A stretch of 64,000 nt of DNA from Deltaproteobacteria bacterium (GTDB lineage: Bacteria > Desulfobacterota > BSN033 > UBA1163): positions 7,825 to 71,824 of the forward strand of contig JBBIMX010000002.1 in assembly GCA_037444165.1 (NCBI GenBank). Reading direction: 5' to 3'. Made by a program: the position numbers and the translations under genes. The notes under the pieces are model-generated. The model made no database searches. It saw nothing but the letters and a program-made list of their open reading frames with translations, and had not been told where the DNA came from. Shown here piece after piece: positions 38,027 through 47,977 of the stretch. Positions within the stretch are counted from its first letter, which is position 1. Every line of letters starts with the position of its first letter.

Positions 38027-39037
38027 TTAAAGGGATTCAGAAACCCTTAAGACAGCAGAACCTCGAATCTTTCCCTGTTTTAAAAGGCTCAAGGCCCTGT
38101 TGGCCTCTTCCAATTTAAACTCCTGAACTTCAGGAAGGATGGGAATCTCAGCCGCAAGGTTGAGGAACTCCTGGGCATCCCTTCGGGTCAGATTAGCGAC
38201 ACTTTTCATTTCTTTTTCGTCCCAGAGGAGCTGAGCATAATCAAGAGGAGGAATCGGATTTCGTTTTCGAATCACGGCCATCACTAACCTTCCCCCTTTT
38301 TCCAGAACGTTCAGGGCTATAGGAACCGTCTCTCCAACCGGTGTAAAATCGATCGCACAATGGACCTTCTTAGGAGGAACCTCGTCCGGTCTTCCTACCC
38401 AGGAGGCCCCCAATTTTTGGGCCAGTTTCTGATGCTCCTCTCCTCTGGTAAAGACAAACACCTCCATTCCCCAGTGCCTGGCCACCTGAATGACGATATG
38501 GGCAGATGCCCCGAATCCAAAAAGTCCTATCCTTTGTCCCTTTTTCATCTTTGCCAATCTGATATCCCTATAACCAATCGCCCCGGCACAGAGAAGAGGC
38601 GCCGCTTCCGGGTCAGAAAAACGTGAGGGAATGAGATAGGCATAATCCTCTGAAACGACCATATATTCTGCATATCCTCCATAGGCATCACATCCCGTCC
38701 CTTTAAATTCGAGGCAGAGGTTCTCCTCTCCTTCCTGGCAGAATTCGCATCTCCCACAGGCAGAATAAATCCAGCCTACTCCTACCCGATCCCCCTTCTT
38801 AAATCGTTGAGCCATTGGGCCAACCTCCATCACCCTTCCTATCACCTGATGTCCCAAGATCATCGGAAGTTTGGGTGGAAGTCTCCCTTCGATTTCATCG
38901 AGTTCAGTATGACAGATCCCACAGACAGAGACCTTAATCAGTATCTCCTTGGGACCAGGAAAAGGATCAGGCCAACCTTCCATTTTCAAAGGCTCTTTCT
39001 CGATCGGGGATATCTCTCTCAGAACCATCGCTTTCAT
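38027..39037 (-). CDS. Zinc-dependent alcohol dehydrogenase (MDR family)
   Basis: CGICHTELD catalytic Zn motif, structural-Zn Cys cluster CGRCEFCQEGEENLC, GxGxxG; start ATG 39037 after GGAAGGA. Confidence 0.8.
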   Translation of the reverse strand: MKAMVLREISPIEKEPLKMEGWPDPFPGPKEILIKVSVCGICHTELDEIEGRLPPKLPMILGHQVIGRVMEVGPMAQRFKKGDRVGVGWIYSACGRCEFCQEGEENLCLEFKGTGCDAYGGYAEYMVVSEDYAYLIPSRFSDPEAAPLLCAGAIGYRDIRLAKMKKGQRIGLFGFGASAHIVIQVARHWGMEVFVFTRGEEHQKLAQKLGASWVGRPDEVPPKKVHCAIDFTPVGETVPIALNVLEKGGRLVMAVIRKRNPIPPLDYAQLLWDEKEMKSVANLTRRDAQEFLNLAAEIPILPEVQEFKLEEANRALSLLKQGKIRGSAVLRVSESL

Positions 39038-39041
39038 CGTT

Positions 39042-40739
39042 TCATCCTTCCGACAGGATTTCTTTTCCATTCCCATGGGCTTTGAGAATGGGTTTTTCAA
39101 AGGCTTGTTCGAAAAAAAGGTGGATCACTTTCTTCGAGGTCCTTTCTTTCACAAAGATCAGTTCATCGTTCTCTTTTCTTAAACTGAAAAAGACCCCCTC
39201 TTCGATAAGGGAAAGGAGGAGCCGTTTCCATATCTCATCCCTATTGCGAGGAGTGGGACTTTTTAGGAACTGATAAAGATCCCTCCATGTTACCCCTTCT
39301 TCTATCTCCTCTTTGTCCATCTTTCCTTTTATAAAATTGATCGCCCTCACCAAACGGAGAAGGGTGGCCAGATCAAGGCGATCAAATTCCTCTGTTTCTA
39401 TCGGCATTGCAGTGGATCGCCATTGAATGGGAGAAGGGGGAAGAAAACGGTTCTCTTTACAATAATGAAAAAGGGGAGTCCCGGGGGTAGGATAGTAAAG
39501 GCTCGGTCCTACAAGAACTCTCTTTCCCATTAAGTATGACAACGTTTCTACCATCTCCTCAAGGTTCTGTCCGGGGATCCCAAAAATGGCGTAGGCTATG
39601 ACATTGAGATGGGCCCTCTTCGCTTCTCTGAGAACCTCTTCAAATTCCTCCTTCGGTTTTGGCCTATTGAGCCTCTCTTTTGAAGACTGGCTTTTACTCA
39701 CAAAGGAAAGGTTAATCGTTTGAAATCCTGCTTTCTTCATCAGCTCTAAAAGCTCTCTATCTAACGAGGCATAGGAGAGTCCATTCATGGCAAAAAGCTC
39801 AAGTCTTCCCTCTCCAAAATGTTCAAGGATGAGTCTCATTAGACTCTTTGCTCTTTTCAGGTCAAAAGTCAAATTATCATCTTCGATATCAAATACCTCA
39901 ATTCCGTAACGCTGATAACATTCCTTCATCTCGTCCAGGATGTTTTCAGGGCTTCTCGATCTAAAAATCGAACCCATGACAATGGGGGTTGAGCAATAGG
40001 CACATTGATGGGGACAACCCCGGCTGGTTATGATCATGGTCACCCTTTTTCTGTGGATTCGATAGGAGTCCGGGGAGGTAAGATCCCTCGCAGGGAATCG
40101 AAGAGAATCCAGATTTTCAATATAACTCATTAAAGGGTTTATTTGAATCTCTCCGCCCCATCGATAACCAATCCCATCTATCCCATTCCATTTATTGAAC
40201 TCCCCTTTTTCATATTTTCTTATGAGAATTGGAAAGCGTTCTTCTCCTTCCCCGAGTAGGACTAAATCCACAAAAGGGGAGCGAAGAACGCCTGTAGGGT
40301 CAACAGAGATATGAGAGCCTCCCATCACGACTTTTATTCTTGGATTTACCTCCTTAATCAATTGAGCCACTCGAAGAGCCTCCCGATGATACGGGGTAAA
40401 GAGGGAAGAAATTCCGAAGAGGTCAGGCCTCGACTCCTCAATCTTCTTCTTAATCTCATCCCATTCTAATCCGAAATGGTAGTAGCCGGAATAGAGTTTA
40501 AAAGGGCTTTGATCATCAAATGGATAGAAATCGGAAAGGTAGTTCAGTTCTTGAGGCACTGGGATGGAGCTCTTCTTTTTTAATCTTAAGTCCCATATCT
40601 CGACTTCATGGCCTTCCCCTCTTAAAGAGGCAGCTAAGTAAAGAAGCCCGATGGGTTGACTTCTACTCGAGGTATGATAAAAATCCTCAATCGGTGGCTG
40701 AATAAGAACGATCTTCACGATGAATAAAATTATAAGCAC
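39042..40739 (-). CDS. B12-binding domain-containing radical SAM protein
   Basis: N-terminal cobalamin-binding Rossmann-like domain followed by SRGCPHQCAYCS radical-SAM motif; start codon uncertain (GTG). Confidence 0.75.
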   Translation of the reverse strand: MLIILFIVKIVLIQPPIEDFYHTSSRSQPIGLLYLAASLRGEGHEVEIWDLRLKKKSSIPVPQELNYLSDFYPFDDQSPFKLYSGYYHFGLEWDEIKKKIEESRPDLFGISSLFTPYHREALRVAQLIKEVNPRIKVVMGGSHISVDPTGVLRSPFVDLVLLGEGEERFPILIRKYEKGEFNKWNGIDGIGYRWGGEIQINPLMSYIENLDSLRFPARDLTSPDSYRIHRKRVTMIITSRGCPHQCAYCSTPIVMGSIFRSRSPENILDEMKECYQRYGIEVFDIEDDNLTFDLKRAKSLMRLILEHFGEGRLELFAMNGLSYASLDRELLELMKKAGFQTINLSFVSKSQSSKERLNRPKPKEEFEEVLREAKRAHLNVIAYAIFGIPGQNLEEMVETLSYLMGKRVLVGPSLYYPTPGTPLFHYCKENRFLPPSPIQWRSTAMPIETEEFDRLDLATLLRLVRAINFIKGKMDKEEIEEGVTWRDLYQFLKSPTPRNRDEIWKRLLLSLIEEGVFFSLRKENDELIFVKERTSKKVIHLFFEQAFEKPILKAHGNGKEILSEG

Positions 40740-40958
40740 ATCTGAAAGCCTTTGTCCACCGGGAATCCATCACTTAAACACCCATTTCTATGATGGATCG
40801 ATTTACGTTCTATGGGTTTCGTAGATACTCCTGTCGTTCTTAAAATGTTTCCCCCTTCGGGGAGGGAATAGACTCAACTCATAGAGAGACCTCGATTAGA
40901 ATCACTGTATAAATTTTAGAAAAATAATAACTATCTAAAATAGTTGATAGAATTTCTT

Positions 40959-40967
40959 TGGTATAAT
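40959..40967 (+). promoter_or_regulatory. Extended -10 promoter element (TGgTATAAT) in AT-rich intergenic region
   Basis: TG at 40959..40960, TATAAT at 40962..40967; no good -35. Confidence 0.3.
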
Positions 40968-41070
40968 ATTATTGTATAAATAAAAAATACATTTATTCTA
41001 TTTCAAAAAATACTTTCATAAAAATTTAAATAATTTTAAATAGATAAATTTGAATTAAAACATGTGATTT

Positions 41071-41088
41071 TTGGCACATTATGTGCAT
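41071..41088 (+). promoter_or_regulatory. sigma54 (-24/-12) promoter upstream of small membrane-protein ORF
   Basis: TTGGCAC-attat-GTGCA: GG at 41073..41074 and GC at 41085..41086 with canonical spacing; about 30 nt upstream of ATG 41118. Confidence 0.55.
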
Positions 41089-41117
41089 AATTCTTATTTA
41101 AGAAAGGGGGAGTGAAT

Positions 41118-41330
41118 ATGTTTAAACTCAGTGCTTCTAATATCGTTGGCTTAATTATTCTCATGTGCATTCTCGCAGCAATGGTTTCAATCGCAATAAT
41201 GCAGGTGGTCAGGACCGTGGAAGACATTGGCCCTATGATTTATATTATTGGAGGTGCAGTGGCACTTACGGGAATTATTATTCCCGTAATGCTCATCATT
41301 CTCATAAACCATCTAAAGAAAATGAGCTAA
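41118..41330 (+). CDS. Small two-TM hydrophobic membrane protein (70 aa), function unknown
   Basis: Strong RBS GGGGGAG 6 nt upstream of ATG; two predicted TM helices. Confidence 0.5.
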   Translation: MFKLSASNIVGLIILMCILAAMVSIAIMQVVRTVEDIGPMIYIIGGAVALTGIIIPVMLIILINHLKKMS

Positions 41331-41530
41331 CCCGTTTTTTCTTAAAATAGAGGGCTTTTAAAATATAGGTGAAAAAACACTTCCTTTCCTTTTCTATTTC
41401 TTAAATCCCTAATTCAAAACACCTCTCTAAAAACGAAATAAGTAAAATTAACTACTGGAAATTCATGCTTTAAAAAAGTTATAAGGATTATACTTTTAAT
41501 CGCTTAAGTGAAATAGAAGGAGAGGACAGA

Positions 41531-43612
41531 ATGGATCAACTCTTTTATCCAAAATCAGTGGTCGTCATCGGGGTATCAGAAAGACCTGATAATCTTGCAA
41601 GAAACATTGTTGAGAATCTCTTTGAATTTCAGTTTGATGGAGAAATCCACCTCGTTGGGAAAAGGGGTGGAATTCTTTTTGGAAGAAGGATCTATACCTC
41701 TTTAGACCCCCTTCCTGAAGGAATGGATGTCGCTGTGATCCTTACACCTGCCCAAACCATCCCCGACCTAATAGAGGCTTGTGGCCAAAAGAGAATCCCC
41801 TGGGTCATTATTGAAACGGGAGGATTCGGGGAATATTCGGAAGAAGGAGCTCAACTCGAAAGAAAGATCCTTGAGATTGCCCAAAAGTGGGGAATTCGAA
41901 TCGTAGGACCCAATGGAATTGGGGTGGCTAACATCCATAATGGATTTGTAGTCCCCTTTGTGAAAATGAAGAGAGCTCCTGTCAGCAAAGGGAAACTCTC
42001 CATCCTTTCTCAAAGCGGGGGGGTTCTGCTGACCTACGCCAACCTTATGGTGAGTGCCAATGTGGGACTTTCAAAATTAGTCAGTATGGGAAATAAATTA
42101 GACCTCAATGAAATCGACTACCTAAAGTATCTCATCGAGGATCCTGAAACCGAGATTATTGGCCTTTATTTGGAGAGTCTCGAACATGGAAGAGAATTGA
42201 TGGAGATTGCCCGTCGCACGACCAAACCGATTATCGTTCATAAGGCAAATACGGGAGAAGGGAGCCGTCAGATCGCTAAGTTTCACACGGCTGCTCTGGC
42301 TAACGATGATAAAGTCGTAGAGGCGGCTCTAAGACAGGTAGATATCATCCGGACCAAAGACTTCCGTTCCTTTGTCAATGCGGTCAAGATCCTTTCTCTC
42401 CCTCCCTGTCAGGGAAGAAACCTCGCCATCGTTTCTCGTTCAGGGGGGATAGGGGTGGTCGCAGCCGATTCTGCCGAAAGGCATGGATTTCGTCTTATCC
42501 CTCCGGATCCCAACCTACTTCAACAGTTCTATAGCCTCTTTCGGGCAAAAGTGATCCAACCCACCAATCCTCTCGATCTGGGTGATCTTTTTAATTTTGA
42601 TCTTTATACGACTATCCTCGAAAAAGGGCTTCAATTTCCAGCGGTCCATGCCATTCTCTTTATGCATGGTGCGACGGGAGAGGAAAAGGAACCTTCTCGA
42701 AGGTTCATCCAAGCCGTCAAGGAACTCTCCTCTCGTTATCAGAAGCCCGTAGCCTTTCTTTATAATACCGATGAAGAAGAGCTGGCTTATATTAAAAGAA
42801 CGATCGATTTTCCCATTTTTACAGAACCTGAGGATGCCCTGGCAGCTCTGGCTATCTCAAGAGATCACTATCGGCGATTGATGAGCTCCAAAGAAAAACC
42901 TCCCCTCTTCCCTATGGATCGAGGTCGGATCTCTTCCATTCTCAAACAGGCAATCCAGAAGAAGAGAGACCTTCTTCTTCCAGAGGCGATGGAGGTCATT
43001 CAAGCTTGTGGGATTCCAGTGGCCGAATCCACTACGGTCCATCATAAAGAGGAGTTAGAAGAGGCGCTTCGTAAAATAGGATTTCCCGTTGCCATGAAGA
43101 TCGTCTCCTCCGAAATCTCCCATAAATCGGATGTAGGGGGAGTAGCCCTTCATATTGACTCTTTGAATAAGGCCGAAGAAGCCTTTGATAAGATGATGGC
43201 TCTTAATCCTGAAAATCGATGGGGAGTATTCATTCAAAAAATGGTCCTCAACGGGAAAGAAGTCATTGTTGGAGCGAAGCGGGATCCTTCCTTCGGCCCT
43301 GTTATCCTGTTTGGCCTTGGAGGAATCTATGTAGAGGTTCTCCAAGAGACCTCTCTTCGGGTTGCACCCATTCATCGTTCTGAGGCAGAAGAGATGGTTT
43401 CAGAGCTAAAAGGCTCGGCCATCCTGAAAGGGGTTCGAGGTGAGCCTCCGAGAGATATGGAGGCCCTGAATGAAATCCTTCTTAGAGTCTCCCAATTGAT
43501 GGTTGAATTTCCAGAGATCGAAGGGATAGATATCAATCCAGTGATGGCCCTTAAGAAGGGGGCCATCGCTGTGGATGCTCGAATCATTGTGAGCAGAGAA
43601 ATAAGGGCCTAA
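41531..43612 (+). CDS. Acetate--CoA ligase (ADP-forming), fused alpha/beta (CoA-binding plus ATP-grasp)
   Basis: N-terminal CoA-binding domain (VVIGVSERPDNLA), succinyl-CoA-synthetase-like flavodoxin domain, C-terminal ATP-grasp; 693 aa. Confidence 0.85.
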   Translation: MDQLFYPKSVVVIGVSERPDNLARNIVENLFEFQFDGEIHLVGKRGGILFGRRIYTSLDPLPEGMDVAVILTPAQTIPDLIEACGQKRIPWVIIETGGFGEYSEEGAQLERKILEIAQKWGIRIVGPNGIGVANIHNGFVVPFVKMKRAPVSKGKLSILSQSGGVLLTYANLMVSANVGLSKLVSMGNKLDLNEIDYLKYLIEDPETEIIGLYLESLEHGRELMEIARRTTKPIIVHKANTGEGSRQIAKFHTAALANDDKVVEAALRQVDIIRTKDFRSFVNAVKILSLPPCQGRNLAIVSRSGGIGVVAADSAERHGFRLIPPDPNLLQQFYSLFRAKVIQPTNPLDLGDLFNFDLYTTILEKGLQFPAVHAILFMHGATGEEKEPSRRFIQAVKELSSRYQKPVAFLYNTDEEELAYIKRTIDFPIFTEPEDALAALAISRDHYRRLMSSKEKPPLFPMDRGRISSILKQAIQKKRDLLLPEAMEVIQACGIPVAESTTVHHKEELEEALRKIGFPVAMKIVSSEISHKSDVGGVALHIDSLNKAEEAFDKMMALNPENRWGVFIQKMVLNGKEVIVGAKRDPSFGPVILFGLGGIYVEVLQETSLRVAPIHRSEAEEMVSELKGSAILKGVRGEPPRDMEALNEILLRVSQLMVEFPEIEGIDINPVMALKKGAIAVDARIIVSREIRA

Positions 43613-43623
43613 AGCTTCAGGTT

Positions 43624-44265
43624 TTAAATTCCCAACTCTTCCCCAACCAAGATAATCAAGATACGGGTTCGGATGGGTTTTTTGGCAAGGGTCACATAGA
43701 TATTGCAGATTCGATCCGGGGCATTGCAATCCGAACAGAGACCTGTTTCCGTACAGGGAGTCTTCCGACCAAGCCGTTTGGCATTCTGAGGAGCCGTCCA
43801 CTCCCTTACCTTCCTCTCGGCTTCGTCAAGATCTTTAACAATCTTATTCACCCCGGCCACAACGATGACCTGTTTCGGTCCAATAAACATGGCCCCGACA
43901 CGATTCCCTGTAGCATCGATGTTAAAAAGCTTTCCATCCTCTGTAATAGCATTGGTGCTCGTAAGAAAGATGTCCGAAGAGAAAGTTTTACGAATCAATT
44001 CCATTCGTTCCTCTTCATTCTTGGCTTGCTGGATCGGCCAGATCAGTTGTATCTTCCGTCCCTTCAAGCCTTCTAAAATTCCAATTTGACCAAGGGTCAC
44101 CGAGCCTCCGATCCCTACCGTGGCTCCCTCAGGGATTCGGGCCATGATCTCCTCAACAGCCTGTTTTGCATCGGAAACATAAATGGCTTCGAATCGATTC
44201 TTTTTTAATGACTCCAGCGTCCTTTCAACCTGCTTTTCTCGATAAAATTTCTCCCAGGGCTCCAT
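43624..44265 (-). CDS. LUD (lactate utilisation LutC-like/DUF162) domain protein
   Basis: 213-aa LutC-like sequence with C-terminal Cys cluster CTETGLCSDCNAPDRIC. Confidence 0.55.
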   Translation of the reverse strand: MEPWEKFYREKQVERTLESLKKNRFEAIYVSDAKQAVEEIMARIPEGATVGIGGSVTLGQIGILEGLKGRKIQLIWPIQQAKNEEERMELIRKTFSSDIFLTSTNAITEDGKLFNIDATGNRVGAMFIGPKQVIVVAGVNKIVKDLDEAERKVREWTAPQNAKRLGRKTPCTETGLCSDCNAPDRICNIYVTLAKKPIRTRILIILVGEELGI

Positions 44266-44398
44266 CGAATTATCCTCCTTTTTTTAACAAAGTATTTAAT
44301 TATGAGAGAAGACCGGCTCTCTTGTCAAAACGTTCAATGTGGCATTTTCAAAAAAGAAGGGTTATGAAAAAATTTACCCGATAAAGAAAGGAGAAGCC

Positions 44399-44893
44399 AT
44401 GGAGAGCTTAGATGTACTGGAAGGGATTGGAAGGGGGAGCCTTTCTCGAGTCATCGTGGGAAAGTTGGCGTTGGACATGGACCTTTTAGGCGCGATCGAA
44501 GCCCTTGTAAAGAAAGAGGGGATAAAAACCGGAGTGATTCTTTCAGGGATTGGGGCTTTGAAAAAGGCCATTTTTAGAAATCTCAAAATCCTCCCTCCAG
44601 GTTTAAAGGTAGAAGATCATCATCGCCTATACCTTGAACTTGAACAACCTATGGAGATTGTCTCTCTTACGGGTTGGATCGCGACCAAAGAGAATGGAGA
44701 ACCAGAGATTCATGCCCATTTTTCCGCCTCTACGGTCATCCATGATCAAATTGTAACGTTAGGGGGCCATCTCACCTCAGGGACGATAACCTCTGTAAAA
44801 GTGGTCGTCACTATTGGGGTGATCGAAGAGGCCAATATTCGGGTGGAACTCGACCCCCGACTCAACCAGATGGACCTTAAGTGCCTCGGTTAA
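44399..44893 (+). CDS. PPC/DUF296 domain protein
   Basis: Start ATG 44399 after AAAGGAG; DUF296-like beta-rich 165 aa sequence. Confidence 0.5.
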   Translation: MESLDVLEGIGRGSLSRVIVGKLALDMDLLGAIEALVKKEGIKTGVILSGIGALKKAIFRNLKILPPGLKVEDHHRLYLELEQPMEIVSLTGWIATKENGEPEIHAHFSASTVIHDQIVTLGGHLTSGTITSVKVVVTIGVIEEANIRVELDPRLNQMDLKCLG

Positions 44894-46095
44894 AAAAGGA
44901 CGGCTTTGAATAGACCCACCAATAGGAGGAAGGTGGCTGGAATCCAGGTCAAACGATAAATTCCTTTCCAATCCGCCTTGAAGTATTCTTTCGTTAAAAT
45001 AAGACAGAGATGAAAAGGTGAAAGAAGATGTCCAGAAAGGCCACTGATAAAGGCTAAGCTCATATAATTAAGGAATTTGGGGTCCTCCCGAAATAGGGGG
45101 ATAAGAATGGGAAAGGAAATCCCCACAATGGCAATAGGAGCCCCTGCCATCAACCCAACCAGCAGGGGAATCACCGTGACCATGAGTAAAGGAGGAACGC
45201 TTGAGGAGGCCAATGTTTCAGAAATGCCCTCAATGGCATGACTGGACTCCAGCACCTTTTTAAACCCCATGATAACCGAAATGGTCAGAAAGAGCTCGAG
45301 ATCCAGGCTTTTGATAAACTCACTTTTTAATATCCTTCCTTCAATTCGAAAAAGGCCGATCATCACAAGGATGGAGAGAGACAAAGCGAGGACCAATTCG
45401 ATCTTAAAAAGGATGACCAAGAAAATGGCCAAGAAGAAAGGAAACAGATTCTCGGCCAGTCTCCAAAGAGAAGAGACCTGAATCACTGACCCCGAGTCCG
45501 TCTTTAACTTTTGAACCCCTTGAAACCCTACTAAAAATCCACCGAGGATAGCGGTTAGAGTAAAAGGGAGGTGGAGCCATCCAAATCGTCTCACTGGAAC
45601 ACCAACCAGTGAGGCAAATAAAATCAGTCCTGGGAAGGTAGGGAGGGTAAACTCCCAGACATGCCGAAACCAATAATTAATAAAAGTCCTCCGCTCAGGA
45701 GAAAGTTTAAGTCTATCTGATCCTTCAACAACCATGGGTGCAGAAACCAAGGCTCCCCCCAAGATAGGCATGAGACCTATAATCGCAGGAAGAACGGCAA
45801 TGACGAGCCGAATATCTTTAAAGAAATGAGCCAAACCTTCAAGGATCTCTCTCATCCGACCCGTCTCTTTTAAGAGGTGGCTAAAAAAGAGGATCGCTAA
45901 AAGGGCGGTGATTAAAAGAACCGTTTTAGAGTCGACCATCGCCATGAGTAGGTTTATCCCGATTTCAATAAAAGAGAGATGAAAGAGAAGCCCTAAGATG
46001 ACCGTGGCCCCAAGGAGGCTGATCCAGAGTTTCACTTTTCGATAAAGAAGAAGGAGGATGATTAAAAAGACAATCCCGATCTTGATTAAAGCCAT
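44890..46095 (-). CDS. Polytopic integral membrane protein, function unknown (possible transporter)
   Basis: 401 aa with at least 10 hydrophobic helices. Confidence 0.55.
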   Translation of the reverse strand: MALIKIGIVFLIILLLLYRKVKLWISLLGATVILGLLFHLSFIEIGINLLMAMVDSKTVLLITALLAILFFSHLLKETGRMREILEGLAHFFKDIRLVIAVLPAIIGLMPILGGALVSAPMVVEGSDRLKLSPERRTFINYWFRHVWEFTLPTFPGLILFASLVGVPVRRFGWLHLPFTLTAILGGFLVGFQGVQKLKTDSGSVIQVSSLWRLAENLFPFFLAIFLVILFKIELVLALSLSILVMIGLFRIEGRILKSEFIKSLDLELFLTISVIMGFKKVLESSHAIEGISETLASSSVPPLLMVTVIPLLVGLMAGAPIAIVGISFPILIPLFREDPKFLNYMSLAFISGLSGHLLSPFHLCLILTKEYFKADWKGIYRLTWIPATFLLLVGLFKAVLF

Positions 46096-46117
46096 TTCAG
46101 GAAAGCACCTCGATCTT

Positions 46118-47731
46118 TTATAATTTTTCTTCTAACTCTTCAATCTTTCTTTTCAACTCTTCTAACTCTCTGATCCAGTAAGGATCGTGAATCTTTCTTT
46201 CCCATTCTTTCTCTCTTTTCAGTTTTTTTCTCAATTTTCTATAATGGCGGTCGAGATGGTTCAAAAGGATTCGGATTCCTGACTCGGAAGGTTCTCTCTC
46301 CTCAGGTCGTTTTTCCTCCTCTACCTCTTCCTCAAAACCAAACAAAACCTTTTTCTCTTTCCATTGCGGGACGGTCACTTTTAAATGAAACCGTTCCCGT
46401 ATGAGCTGGGCCAGGGTTAAAGAAATCTCCTCCTCCCCATGAACGACAAAGACCTCTGAAGGAAGAGATTCAAAATGGGCAAGCCAATCCAGAAGCCCCT
46501 TCTGATCGGCGTGGGCAGAGAATCCTCCTAAGGTATGGATGTGGGCCCGAATGGCAATCTCCTCACCAAAAAGTCTCACCGTCTTTGCTCCATCGATGAT
46601 TCTTCGACCAATCGTTCCCTCTCCCTGATAACCAATAAACACAATATGGGAATTCTCTCTCCAGAGATGGTGTTTGAGATGGTGTTTAATCCTTCCAGCA
46701 TCGCACATCCCGCTGGCTGAGATGATGATTCCAGCACGGCTGTCCTCATTGATGGCCTTCGACTCTTCGGTGCTTTGGGTATAAATGATTCCTGGAGGCT
46801 CCAGGGGATTCTCCCCTTCGGAAAGAAGCAGTTTTGCCTCTTCATCAAAATATTCAGAATTTCTCTTAAAGATTTCAGTGGCAGAAATGGCCAAGGGGCT
46901 GTCAATATAAATTGGCAGCAAAGGAATCAAGCCTTTTCTTAAAAATTCGCTCAGCGTGTAGATGACCTCTTGTGTCCGCTCTACCGCAAAGGCTGGGATA
47001 ATGACCTTAGCCTGATGGGCGATCGCCTCCCGGACGATATGGAGTAATTCTTGCACCGTCTCTTCCCTGGACTTATGAAGGCGGTTCCCGTAGGTGGATT
47101 CGATAAACAGAATATCTCCTTCCCTGACCCAAGAAGGGTCTTTCAGAAAGGGTTGACCTAAATTTCCTAAATCCCCGGAAAACACCAATTTTTTCTTTTC
47201 CCCTCCTTCTTTCATCCATAATTCAATAATGGCCGAGCCAAGAATATGGCCTGCATCTTGAAAACAAACTTCCATTCCCTCCCCGAGCGAAACCACCTCC
47301 CCATAGGAGACAGGAGAGAAGGATTGAAGGCTCCTCTCCACATCCTGAAGGGAATAAAGAGGGGAAATCTCTTCTCGTCCTGCCCTTTTCCCTTTCCTAT
47401 TCTCCCATTCTGCCTCCATCTCCTGAATATGGGCACTATCCCGTAAAAGGATTTCACAAAGATCAACCGTAGCCTTGGTACAGATGATCTTTCCTCGGAA
47501 ACCCTCTCTTACCATTTTTGGAATGAGACCACTGTGATCAATATGGGCATGGGTGAGCAAGATGATAGAAACGTCTTTAGGATGATAGGATCGAATATCC
47601 CGATTCCTCTCCTCGAGAACCTTTCCTCCTTGAAACATCCCACAATCCACCAATATCTTCTGAGATCCTCTTTTGATCAGAATCGCAGAACCTGTCACAG
47701 TTCGAACACCACCTAAAAATTCGACTCTCAT
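46118..47731 (-). CDS. RNA-metabolising MBL-fold/beta-CASP ribonuclease (RNase J/CPSF-like) with charged coiled-coil C-terminal tail
   Basis: HAHIDHSG metallo-beta-lactamase motif, beta-CASP and RMMBL region, C-terminal EEKRPEERE...ELEELKRKIEELEEKL; start ATG 47731 after GGTGAGG. Confidence 0.8.
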   Translation of the reverse strand: MRVEFLGGVRTVTGSAILIKRGSQKILVDCGMFQGGKVLEERNRDIRSYHPKDVSIILLTHAHIDHSGLIPKMVREGFRGKIICTKATVDLCEILLRDSAHIQEMEAEWENRKGKRAGREEISPLYSLQDVERSLQSFSPVSYGEVVSLGEGMEVCFQDAGHILGSAIIELWMKEGGEKKKLVFSGDLGNLGQPFLKDPSWVREGDILFIESTYGNRLHKSREETVQELLHIVREAIAHQAKVIIPAFAVERTQEVIYTLSEFLRKGLIPLLPIYIDSPLAISATEIFKRNSEYFDEEAKLLLSEGENPLEPPGIIYTQSTEESKAINEDSRAGIIISASGMCDAGRIKHHLKHHLWRENSHIVFIGYQGEGTIGRRIIDGAKTVRLFGEEIAIRAHIHTLGGFSAHADQKGLLDWLAHFESLPSEVFVVHGEEEISLTLAQLIRERFHLKVTVPQWKEKKVLFGFEEEVEEEKRPEEREPSESGIRILLNHLDRHYRKLRKKLKREKEWERKIHDPYWIRELEELKRKIEELEEKL

Positions 47732-47763
47732 CCTTAACCTCACCAAATCGTTATTCAAAACGA

Positions 47764-47877
47764 CTTATCGAAACCTCTGAAAAAGTATTTAAAACGAGTT
47801 TTATAGACTGGGGAGGTGGGGTGGAGAGGCATTCGAAGGGTTTGGAACCCTACCTCCCCAGTCTTTCTATGACTTTT
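47764..47877 (+). repeat. Intergenic repeat copy 2 (about 115 nt, contains 17-bp hairpin)
   Basis: Near-identical to 33291..33407 except a small indel in the 5' AT-rich part; lies between divergent RNase-J-like and LOG genes. Confidence 0.8.
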
Positions 47878-47977
47878 TCAGAGCTCTCTTATCGAAACAT
47901 TGACTTTGAACTCCATTTTAACTAATATAAAAATCTCAATTTATCAATCATCCTTATCTAAACACGGGGAGGAAGAG

